Shown here: positions 27,715 to 39,545 of the stretch, in pieces | Numbering within the stretch: position 1 is the first letter of the stretch | How the letters are laid out: every line of letters begins with the position of its first letter | Source of the DNA: Azolla caroliniana | Taxonomy: Eukaryota; Plantae; Polypodiophyta | Length of the DNA stretch: 64,000 bases | Reading direction: 5' to 3' | Assembly: GCA_043228905.1 (NCBI GenBank) | Contig: JBHGNT010000010.1 | Span: forward strand, 19,654,001 to 19,718,000 | Made by a program: the position numbers and the translations under genes | Notes under the pieces: generated by a model | What the model was told of the DNA's origin: nothing | The model's database searches: none | The model's input: only the letters and a program-made list of their open reading frames with translations

Positions 27715-28660
27715 TGTCATGATATGGCAAGACTCGAACCCATGACCTTAGGTTATATGGGTCGAGCTCTTGACCATTATATCGTATATTATTTTCATTT
27801 ATATTTTATTATAGGAAATTAATGTATATTCCAGATTTCTCTGGAACATTCTAGAAGTTTCAGGATTACTCCTGAGAACACTATAAAAGAGGGCACTAGG
27901 CATTATGTTGAACCAAATTGGTTCAACGCCAGTCTTTAGCCTCATAGCCCTTTTGTACTTACTCTTCTTATAATATATAATCTATTATCATCATCTCTCT
28001 CTCTCTCTCTCACACTCGTCCTCGCTATCTCTCTCTCTCTCTCCTCTTCTCTCTTCCTCTCTCGGGAGTCTTACGTAGTCCCGTCCTCTTAGTACTAATA
28101 GTACCTCCCTTCTCTAGTACTAATCCTCTCTCTGTTTAGTACTATTCCTGACAGTTTGAACCAATTTTCCCTTCTGTCTCTCTCGCTTCATACTAATCTC
28201 TTATTCCTCTTTTCTTTTTCATCCCATGGCCACAGTTAGCGCTCAGGAATATCAATCTGTTTTTTCAGAGTTTCAATGTTTGAAAGAGAAGTTCCTAGCT
28301 TTGGAACAAGAAAATCAACGGTTGCTGGGGGATCTTCAACAAATCTCCTTAGAAAAGCAACAAACGCAACAACAACATGGGGAACTTGCATTACGCGTGC
28401 AACAACTCGAAGCAACCATCGTAGCGATGCAACAACAAGGCCTCGGAACACAAGGGATTCATAAGAAACCCAAGATTGGCCTTCCCACAAAGTTCAATGG
28501 AACACGATCACAGTTTAGAGGGTTCCTTAATCAGGTACGATTAGTTATTCAAATGCATCCTTCTCGATATCCTACCGATGCATCACGAGTGGGTTTAGTA
28601 GGGACGTTGTTAAGTGGCTTAGCGTTGGCATGGTTTGCTTCATTGTTGGAAAAGGAGTCT

Positions 28661-31600
28661 AACACGTTTGCGTTCACAAGTGGAAGGATTGCGCATTCCA
28701 CTTATAGATTCCTTTTATAATCTTGCGATTTTAGACTATTTTCAAAAACTTGATACACCAGTATCACATGTTTTAAATAGCATGTAAAAATTTGCTAGTT
28801 TTTTGAGATTTACAAGTTTCAAAATGATCATTTCTAAAATGGAATAGTTTTTCAATAAATGTTTAAATTTTGATGGTTTGTAGATATGAAATGTAGTTAA
28901 CTTAAAGAAAATCACAATGGTCAACTCAAGGCACAAGTTAAGGTTAATGGTTTCACCATCTTGAGGAGATTAAGATTACATCTATTGTTAGACTTGAAAA
29001 TGTTTTAACTATAAAAGGTAACATTGCAATCCTTAATGTCATCATCTATAAATTAATGCTCACTAACATCCATAAATTCACAACTCAAGAAATGTAGACA
29101 ATATTCATAAACAATTTTGATAAATCCAAAACTCCTAAAATGTAGACGATATTCATAAACTGTCAAACTTTAGATGTGAACATTAATATATCAATTTGAA
29201 CATAACACATAGTTATCAGGGTATCTACAATGTTATCGTGTTCTTCCTTATAAGAATTCCCCTTCAAAATTTGTGACGTAATGGCATTTACAAAGTTCAG
29301 TTACCATCAACAGAATTATTAATGGTTTTCTGAATCTAATAAATGAAGCACATGTTTACCATAAGGTATTTTGTTGTGCAACATACATCTTTAAAAACCT
29401 CTTTTATTTGAAAAACAACAACAGTTTTAAACATGAACACGATATGTTGTATTGAGTTGATGTAAAAAATAGAGTTTTCATCATAATTCTATACAATATA
29501 TTGAGTTCATGTTCAAAGTTTTTTTACCGAATTAAACAAAAATAATAAAAATTATAAATTAAGCTTGAGTTCATAGAAAAACTAGATTTTTCATCACAAT
29601 TCGATATAATGTATCGAGTTCATGTTTAAAGTAATTTTTTCAAATTTTTAAATTTTTTATTTTCAATTTGTTTCAAAATTTTTTATTTTTTTTCAAATTT
29701 TTTGATTTATTTTTATTTTTTATGGAAAAAATAATAATTTAAAACATGAACTCGATACATTGTATCGACTTGTGATAAAAAGTCTGGTTTTTTCATCACC
29801 TATTAAAGCACAAAAAAACTTTCTAAGACAGTGACGAAATTAGTACTAAGAGAGAAATATTAGTACTAAGAAGAATAGAAGGTGTAGAACACTTGAGAAA
29901 AGAAGAGAGAGAGAGAGTGAGAGTGAGAGAGGGACTAAGTGGGAATGATGATGACAGCGATATATTATGTGAGAAGAATATACAATGAAGGCTAAGAGGC
30001 TTAAGTCTGGCGTTGAACCGATTTGGTTCGAAATAATGCCTTGTGGCTCCTTTGATAGTGTTCTAAGGCTTGCTAAAGTAGTTGAAAATGAAAATATTCT
30101 TTGTATTACAATGTATGGTTTAATGGTTAGGAACTCGACCCATGCAACGTTAGGTCATGGGTTCAAGTCTCACCTTACCATGACATGAAGAAAACTAACA
30201 TTTTTAGATGAAAAAATCATGCTTTTAAACATGAACTCGATACGCCGTATCGAGTTCATGTAAAAAAGTAGCATGAACTCGATACGGCGTATCGAGTTCA
30301 TGTTTAAAAGCATGATTTTTTCGTGCAAAAATATTAGTTTTGTTTCATGTCATGGTAAGGTAGGACTCGAACCCATGACCTTACGCTCATGGGTCCAACT
30401 CCTAACCATTAGACCATATATTGTAACACAAGATAAAATCATTTTTAGAAATATTATCAACACTAAGAATACTATATTAGCTTTTTAACATGAACTCGAT
30501 ACGCCGTATCGAGTTCATGTAAAAACGTTAGCTTTTCAACATGAACTTGATACGGCGTATCGAGTTCATGTTTAAAAGCGTGATTTGTTACATGAACTCG
30601 ATACGGCGTATCGAGTTCATGTTTAAAAGCGTGATTTGTTACATGAACTCGATACGGCGTATCGAGTTCATGTTTAAAAGCGTGATTTGTTACATGAACT
30701 CGATACGGCGTATCGAGTTCATGTTTAAAAGCGTGATTTGTTCATTTAAAAAAATTTAGCTATATTGAAATCATGATATGGTAGGACTTGAACCCATGAC
30801 CTAATACTTCATGGGTCTAACTCTTGACCACTAGACCACTAGACCATACTTCATGGGTCTAACTCTTGAAGTTTCTAAAATTATAAATAAAAATTCGAAA
30901 AAAAAATTGAAACAAATTAGAAAAAAATACTTTAAGCATGAACTCAATACATTATATTGAATTGTGATGACAATTATGGTTTTCTAGATGAACTCAAGCA
31001 CAAATTATTATTATTATTATTTTTTAAATCTAGTAAAACAAACTTTGAGATTATTATATCGAATTGTGATGAAAATTATGGTTTTTTGGATGAACTCAGA
31101 TGACAAGGAAACTTGCAAGAACTCAAGATGGGGATATTAATAGCTACACATGTAGATGGCCATGACCTAGGGTACCAATTCGGCATTGGTAAAGTTTTGG
31201 ACGTGATGATGCATTAAACCTTTGTAATACATCTATGATTAACATTAATGAGGTGGATATCATTATGTATGACTTTACACACACAAAATTTGGATGTTTA
31301 AGGACAACAACGATATACATAATAAAAGAGATATTAGCAAGTCTAGAAGATATCTCAAATTGAAGGGGAAGAAGATTTACTGCACACAATTTGGAGATAC
31401 CATTTGGTGAAGACAATGATTTGATTGGTACATTGGAAAATGAGGAGGAAGAGTCACGATTGTATATTATCTATAGTAGTGATTGTTATGAAAAGAATGA
31501 TGATAGTCATGCAAATAACTCCCAAATGTATTTGTTGTACAACTATATGTAACAAATTTAGACAACATTTTATCGAATGGAATAAAAATGTTCATTGTTT

Positions 31601-31878
31601 TGAAGTATTGTACTTTCAATTTCCTTAAGATCTAAAAACTTATTAGCTGTCATTTTTCCTTAAAAATCCACAAGTTACTTTTCATATTTGACCCAAATTT
31701 GGCATTTTTCAATTTTACCAAATGGTGAAAATTTCAACTTTTTCATCAAGTTTTCGAGAACATGTGATACTAGTATCAAGATGTTTTGTGAAATGGCAAA
31801 AAAACCCCAAAATCAAACGGAATATTCCTTATCCTTCCACTTATGCGCAATCCTTCCACTTGTGAACGCGAACGTGTT
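28661..31878. mobile_element. non-autonomous TIR DNA transposon, 36-bp TIR, 4-bp TSD, superfamily unassigned
   Basis: TIR AACACGTTYGCGTTCACAAGTGGAAGGATTGCGCAT at both ends (1 mismatch); TSD GTCT; extra subterminal inverted repeat near 28745-28775 / 31757-31787; no transposase ORF seen. Confidence 0.9.
29430..31100. repeat. fold-back block of palindromic CATGAACTCGATAC-N3-GTATCGAGTTCATG units
   Basis: About 7 near-perfect 31-bp palindromes in 30230-30723 (four in a 51-bp tandem) plus degenerate copies; 29563-29640 is mirrored at 30921-30999. Confidence 0.9.
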
Positions 31879-32720
31879 GTCTCCATTACTCAACAACTTT
31901 GAAGAGTTTATAGGTGAGTTTAAAGCATGCTTTGGGGATACTAACAGCATAAGGACTGCAATCAACAAAATCCGGCGATTACACCAAGGAGACCGTCCAA
32001 CCTCCACATACGTTGCAGATTTCCGTCTACTCGCCGCTGACATCCCTTGGGATGATCAAGCGTTGATGGAGAAATTTCGTTATGGTTTACACAACGATGT
32101 CAAGGATTTACTCTTGACTTTCCCTGAAGAGCCAAACTCCTTAACAGAAGCAATCAGTTGCGCGGTGAGATGTGACAACCGCCTCTTTGAGCGACGTTCG
32201 GAACGACAACTACATATGCCGAGGGAAAGATCAGAGCCCACCTACGCCTCAATGGTAGCAAAACCTTTACCGAGGGAGTACTATAATGCGCCTCCAGTGA
32301 ATACTCCAACTCCGATGGAGATTGACACTACACGTCGTCGAGGGCCATTATCCGAAGAAGAAAAGCAGCGACGCCGAACAAATCGACTATGTCTCTACTG
32401 CGGTGGACCAGGACACATTGCAATAAATTGTCCCCATAGGCCAAGTAGATAGGTAAACCAAATAGTTGCTAGTTCTAATTGTACTAAACCCGAGCCTATT
32501 ACAGTAGGGATATCTGATAGTACTAATAGTACTAATAGCCTAGATCTAGCGAACAAATTTGATGTTCTTAGTCAGTTAGAAGAGGAGTTAAACGACTAAG
32601 TCCAGCCAAAATAGGAGCCGTTTGGTTGGACAACCCTAGATCTGTGCAGCCCATTAGTGGTTCCATTTCCTCAAAGCAAGTTAGCAATGTATTTGTAGCC
32701 CAAGTAACAGTTAGTACTAA

Positions 32721-33069
32721 TTGTTGTTGTCATTTTCTGTTTTGCATGAGATTAGTGTGCGTAACTGTGTACAGAGAGAGAGAGAGAGAGAGAAAGAGGT
32801 CGTTGCCTCTGTTGTAATCGCTACCTGTGGCGAAGATCCGTGAGCACGAGGTCGGTGCCTTAGTGAACTCACTGTTGTACATACTTACATAGTGACAGTT
32901 TGCAGCCTGTGGGCTGCCGTGGTTTTTCCCCTAGTTTGGGGGTTTTCCACGTAAACCTCCTGTGTATCTTTCTCTTCTCCTTGTCGTGTTTTATTTCCCG
33001 TTTTCTGTGTATGAAAAGAATCTCGGTTGTGGCCGAGCGCTGGACATAAGGAACGTCCAGATCCTGTCA
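32721..33069 (+). mobile_element. 3' part of a Copia-B-related LTR at a deletion that removed PR-RT of C
   Basis: Aligns to the reverse complement of 24356-24710 and ends ...GATCCTGTCA; C pol resumes at KVKTVVEW with no protease or RT core. Confidence 0.8.
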
Positions 33070-35313
33070 CTAAGGTCAAGACGGTGGTAGAATGGCAGAC
33101 TCTGTGCTCGGTGCGGGATGTGCAATGCTTTTTTTTAGGCTTTGCCAATTTTTACTGGAAGTTTATAAAAGATTACTCAAAGCTCGTTTTGCCTCTCACA
33201 CAACTTACCAGGAAGGGACAATCGTTCATTTGGTCTGAAGAAGCAGATATGGCTTTTGAGAGTCTTAAAAAGGCTTTTACATCGGCTCCAATTCTAGCTC
33301 ATGTCGATTCGGAAAACCCATTCATTATCGAAGCTGATGCATCGGATTTCGCATTGGGGAGCATTCTGTCGCAACGGGGTAATGATGAGAAGCTACATCC
33401 TGTGGCTTTTCACTCACGCAAGTTTGACGCCGCCGAAATCAACTACGAAATTCATGATAAGGAGCTATTGGCAATAGTGGACTCGTTTATGCAATGGAAG
33501 CATTTTTTAGAGGGATCCTCTCATCAAGTCACCGTATTCAGTGACCATAAAAACCTTGCCTACTTTTAGGATGCTCGTGGGCTAAATCGATGTCGAGCTC
33601 GGTGGGCCCACTTCCTCACGCATTTCAACTTCAAAATTACATATCGTCCGGGGAAGCACCAAGGGAAGGCAGATGCATTATCACGACATTCGTATCTAAC
33701 ACCGCGTCCCGGCAAGCCAGCTTTCGATAATCAAAAGCAAGTAATCTTGGGACCGGCACGACTGCAAGCAACACAGGTTTTTGGCATGCGCATGGATTCC
33801 CACGTTATCAATATCATACGTGCGGACCTGAAGACAGATGCTTTCACCCAAGCTATACTAGCACAAATTGATCCCTCTCGAGCATCATGTTCACAATCGC
33901 AACCACTAGGTACAGACTATCGGCAATTCAAATACCATGATGGATTACTCTTCTTTAAAGAACTTTTGTATGTTCCTAATGGTTCTTGCCGCCTTCGAGT
34001 AGTACAAAACTATCATGACACATATATAGCTCGGCATTTTGGTAGTACTAAAACAGTAGATTTAGTACAACGATCATTCTGGTGGCCCCGTATGCGACAA
34101 TTTGTCGAAGATTTTGTTCGGACTTGTGATACATGCTGTAGAGCGAAAAGGCCAAGGCATCATCCATATGGTTTATTAGAACCATTACCAATTCCAAACA
34201 AGCCGTGGCAATCCATTGCTCTAGACTTCATCATAGATCTTCCAGTTTCTAAGGGGTTCAATGCGATTCTAACAGTGGTAGATCGATATATGAAGATGGC
34301 TCATTTCTTGCCATGTACTAAGGAAATCTCCAGTGAAGACACCGCCAAAATTGTCATGCGTGAAGTATGTCGACATCATGGACTTCCCGATAGTATCGTC
34401 AGCGACCGTGGACCCCAGTTCGTGTCAAAATTCTGGAAGCACCTTTTTAAAATGCTCAAGGTCACTTGTAACCTCTCCTCCGGCTACCACCCACAAACCG
34501 ACGGCCAAGCCGAACGAACAAATCAAACACTAGAGTAGTATTTGCGGTGCTTTCTCAGCTATCATCAGGATAACTGGGCAGAAATTCTCCACTTCGCCGA
34601 ATTTGCCTATAATAACTCTATCCACGCATCGACTAAAGTTACGCCCTTTTATGCTTATATGGGACGTCACCCTCGGTGGAATGTACTTGAAACCCCAGAG
34701 GTGTCCACAAATCCTTGCGCGGAGGATTGTTTGAAGCAGTTACGCAAGATACAGGCAGATTTATCTACTCATCTCCAGCAAGCTCAACAAACACACAAGG
34801 TCTACGTGGATCATCATCGACTTCCATCTAGTTTTAACATTGGAGATCGGGTGTGGCTGTTGAGACGACATATCAAGACTACTCGCCCATGTGAGAAGTT
34901 GGATTATCGGCCATTAGGTCCCTTTCGTATTATCGGAAAGATTAATGATGTCGCTTTTCGTCTCGATCTACCTCCTCAACTTCGGATACATCCGGTGTTT
35001 CATAGTTCTCTCCTTAAACCCTATCACGAGAGCACCATCCCAGGACGTATTATACAACCTCCACCCCCGATCAAGCTTGAAGATGGACCAGAGTACGAGG
35101 TTGCCACCATCCTTGATTCCAAGATTGTTCGCAACAAGCTCTACTATCTAGTCGATTGGCTAGGCTATAGTCCCAGCGAACGTACTTGGGAACCAATCGA
35201 GAATGTGACCAATGCTCGTGCGCTTCTTGAAGACTTCCATCGTCAATATCCACACAAACCGAGTCCTCCATCCAAAATGACTCGTGACACTCGTCGTTTT
35301 AAAGGGGGGATAG
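33070..35313 (+). pseudogene. element C RNase H - integrase - chromodomain
   Basis: EADASDFALG, EIHDKELLAI, SDRGPQF, TDGQAERTNQ, GPF module, chromodomain EYEVATILDS...YLVDWLGY...TWEP; in-frame stops. Confidence 0.92.
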
Positions 35314-35864
35314 TGTCATGATATGGCAAGACTCGAACCCATGACCTTAGGTTATATGAGTCAAGCTCTTGACCATTATATCATCTATTGTAATACGTAG
35401 GATATTATTTTCATTTACATTTTATTATAGGAAATTAATGTATATTCCAGATTTCTCTGGAACATTCTAGAAACTTCAGGATTACTCTTGAGAACACTAT
35501 AAAAGAGGGCACTAGGCATTATGTTGAACCAAATTGGTTCAACGCCAGTCTTTAGCCTCATAACCCTTTTGTACTTACTCTTCTTATAATATATAATTTA
35601 TTATCATCATCTCTCTCTCTCTCGCACTCGTCCTCGCTATCTCTCTCTCTCCTCTCCTCTCTTCCTCTCTTGGGAGTCTTACGTAGTCCCATCTGTCGAA
35701 TACAAGTGTATAATGGACGTATTCACACTATCCCTTTGGGCCATTTGTGTAATTAGCATAAATGGTAGTTGCCCTAAGTCGGTCACTATATATAGTGACC
35801 TTGTAACCTTTTTGTAAGGTTGGGTGTTGTATTATTGCTTTGTGGAATAAAGAGTTCTCTTGTG

Positions 35865-35904
<40 letters not shown>

Positions 35905-38900
35905 TCTGTGCACGACCTCAGAAACGATCATACGCAGGTACTCAGAACAGAATCGAATGCTTCTTGATCTTCCGCATAGACGACTTTGATCTCCAACATC
36001 TGGTATCAGAGCCTGCACATTCAATCCGCTGTCGGACGTCGTCTCAACCTGCACAGCATTCGGTTTCTTGCATCATTCGAAGAAGAGAGAAGAAGAAGAA
36101 AAACGAGGCTCGCATCTCATCGCGTTAGATCATCTTCGCTTGGAGTAAGCCAACAGGTTGTACTCTGTTCCTTGTGATCGTAACCGCTCGAGGTGAAATC
36201 CCCTTGTGCAACATTGACACGATCGTGCTCCACTCGGTTAAACGGCATCCGAAGAGGTCACCAAACGCTGCTCGCCGCTCATTGTAACCACTCGGTGCAG
36301 ATCGGTCTCAAGACAACAACCCCAATTCGTGCTTCATCCGCCTGATCGACATTCGAGAGGATCAGTTGGATCTGTCTCTCTCGTCGCTACAGCCACCCGA
36401 AGCAGAATCGGCCCAGACAATCGGTTTCAATAATCGGTATTCGGCACATATATCCGAAGCGAACCGGGCTCACTCCGACTCGGCAACATTCGGGAAGACC
36501 AGTCGGTTCTGTCCCTCAAGTTACCGGAGTCAATTCGAGCAAGTTCAACAATACATATATCCGAAGCCGAACCGACTCGGGTTCAAATCCGACTAGAACG
36601 ATATCGGGTGAGCCAACCGGTTGCACTCCCACAAGGTTCGTAGTCAACTCCGAACCGAGCTTCGTCAACCGAAACCAAATTTGATGGCATCAACATCCGG
36701 CTCGTCAGAAATGAGTCTAAGAAAGTTCGATGGATCGAACTTCAACTTCTGGAAGGAGCAAATGCAGGACTATCTCATAGTCAAGGGGCAAATCGATCCC
36801 ATCGAAAATGAAGAACCTCCAGAAGGATACAAACCAATTGAGTGGCAGAAGCTGGACAGAATCGTCCGCGCCACGATTCGGATGCACCTATCGGAATCGG
36901 TATATTTTACGGTGCAATCGTGTACGACAGCATTCGAACTGTGGAAAACACTGTCGGACACTTACGAAAAGAAGGTCACCGCAACGAAGATGTTTCTGAT
37001 CCGGCGCCTCTACAACTTGCGGATGAAAGAATCCGATTCGGTTCAAGCACATCTCAATGAGTACGAAAGCATAAGCTCCCAAATCTCGTCACAGGGGACG
37101 GCAATCGAGGATGAACTCAGAGCAATGATACTCATGAGCAGCCTTCCCTCATCATGGGAAACTTTCGTCACAACCGTGTGCAGCGCGTCAACCACGGCTG
37201 TTAAATACTCCGAAGTCACGAGCGCAATCCTGACCGAAGCAGCTCGGAGAAAGTCTTTCGCCAAAGATTTCAACAGATGACGCTTACGTAGTACAAGGTT
37301 CGACAGACCGATCGAACATACGAGGAAGAGATTCCTCACGGCCGCCGAACAATCAGCGAAGACGGAGCCAGTCACGGGATAACCGAATCTGCAACTATTG
37401 CAAGAAACCCGGACACATCAAAGCCGACTGCCGTGCACTCAAGAACAAGAACAACAAGAAGAGTGGCCGGCATGAGGAGATCAATTACGTCAGCTTCTCA
37501 GCTGATGTGCTACCAAACGACCCGAATATACTATCAATCGAAAATCCAGTCGGCTCAGAAGTTCTGCTCACGACTGAAGAATCAAGCACATGGCTCTTGG
37601 ATTCGGGCGCGTCATTTCACGTGACTCCTCATAGATCCCAATTTCGGCAATATACGATCCATCACTCCGACTCAGTTCGAGTCGGCAACTCACAACACTG
37701 TGACATCATCGGAATCGGCACAGTAGAGCTCAACCTTGCAGGTGGCTCTACACTTGTACTTCACAATGTCCGACATGTACCCGAGCTCTCAAGGCCATTG
37801 ATCTCAGTCGGACAACTAGATGAAGACGGCATTCGTGCCGGTTTTTCTTCGGGAGGGTGGACACTCCACAGGGGGAACCTCCTGCTTGCTAGAGGACCCA
37901 AGATACACTCACTGTATCCGTTACATGTTACGCTCAGAGAGGGTAACCTGTTTTTGGTGGATATTCCTGTGTCATCACTATGGCACCGAAGATTAGGACA
38001 CCTCAGCAAGGCCGACATTACGCATCTATCTAGAGCCGGATACATCCCCAAACTCTCCTTCTCCGACCATCAATTCTGCGAGCATTGCCAGTATGGCAAA
38101 CAAGCAGCCGCAACACACCCGACATCAGCACCAAGAGAAACGAGACCTCTCGATTTAGTCCATTCGGACGTCTGTGGCCCAATGCCGCATCAGTCTCTAG
38201 GCGGTGCCTCTTACTTCGTCAGTTTTATTGACGATTCGACTCGAAAGGTGTGGGCTTATCCAATTCGCACCAAAGATCGTGTCTTCTCGATCTTCTCCGA
38301 TTGGCTCGCTATGGTAGAAAATCAAACCGACCGAAAGCTGAAATGCTTTCGGACAGACAATGGGGGAGAGTTCAAATCCGAAGAATTCGTCAAATTCTGC
38401 CGACAACGCGGCATCCGACGTGAATTTACGGCACCACACAGTCCGGAGCAAAACGGGATTGCCGAACGCATGAATCGGACAATCCAAGAACGGATAGTTT
38501 CCATGCTCCAACACTCCGGACTGTCGGATGGCTTCTGGGCAGAGGCTCTACTCACGGCAGTACACATAATCAATATGTCGCCAAGTAGACCTCTAGGACT
38601 TCAAATTCCTCAGGAACTATGGATCGGCAGTAAGCCGAATTACGACAAGCTGAGGATCTTCGGATGCGAGGCGTTGTCGAGATATTACGCAAGTGCGTGC
38701 GGAATAGAGGCGGGACCGCGGGGGTCTCGAACCAAAGAGCAAGCGAGGGAGGAGAAAGAGAGAGAACCGGCTACGCAGGACCGGGGATACACAGGGACAC
38801 GGCCCTTCAGCACGGAGAACGCGAACAGACACCGACACAGACGGATGCGAATGACTAAATATGTGTATTAACAAAATGGCTAACACGACTACAACCCCCG

Positions 38901-39545
38901 ATGGGGCACAGGTTGGTTGCAACCGAACAGGCCGGCGAACAGATGCCGATGCCTGTTCGCTTTGACGCACAAACGGGGAAATGGGGGGGGGGTAGCAGGT
39001 CGGAGGTGCTGCCGGAAGCACTCGGGCGTTCCTCGAAACAGCGCGAGCCTCCCCGGAACCCTGCACAGAAAGCTTTGGAGCTCAAGAAGGAAGGAAACGG
39101 AGAGAGCGAAGCGTCCAGAAACGGTCCGACAGCACTTCGTCCTCTCCGCGCCCGATCCCCGCAACAGCTCTTTCCCGCTCCTTATATAGGCCGACGAACA
39201 GGCCGTCGTGTCAGCTTTATTCCCTGTCCCTTTTGGACAGGGATCCGCTCCGTTTTTCACAGATCCGCGTAGTTACGCCGCCGACTCGTACAGTTCGCGC
39301 GCGCGACCGAAAAGACTGTTCGCGCGGTCTTTGTCTCCACTTGAGTTAGGGCCCGTTCCTGCCGATTATCCTCTCAATTCGTTTCTATGTACAACTCGGA
39401 GCGTGCGCGCGTGAAGAACCGGTTCCCACGCCTTGGTGCACCGATTCCGCCTATGGACGGTTTTCTTCACGACATCCGCCCCCACCTAACCGCGCATCCT
39501 CCGGTATGCGCCAAGAGAGTTGGGACGTAGAAAACCGGCCCGTCT

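Larger units (their letters stand above)
28226..32599 (+). pseudogene. element C gag, interrupted by the TIR element
   Basis: Coiled-coil N-terminus, PKIGLPTKFNGTRSQFRGF, retrotransposon gag core, CLYCGGPGHIAINC knuckle; removing 28661-31882 restores EKESPLLNNF. Confidence 0.9.

Noticed and set aside
27720-27785. Functional tRNA gene
   Set aside because: A/B-box-like motifs are present but acceptor and anticodon stems do not form; reported only as a tRNA-like LTR module.
30230-30745. CRISPR array (palindromic repeats with spacers)
   Set aside because: Eukaryotic context, no cas genes, and several spacers are identical tandem units; treated as a fold-back repeat in a DNA transposon.
37261-37280. 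Programmed frameshift in Copia D gag
   Set aside because: Lies before the zinc knuckle, needs +1 and has no stimulator; deleting one T restores the frame, so mutation or sequencing error is simpler.
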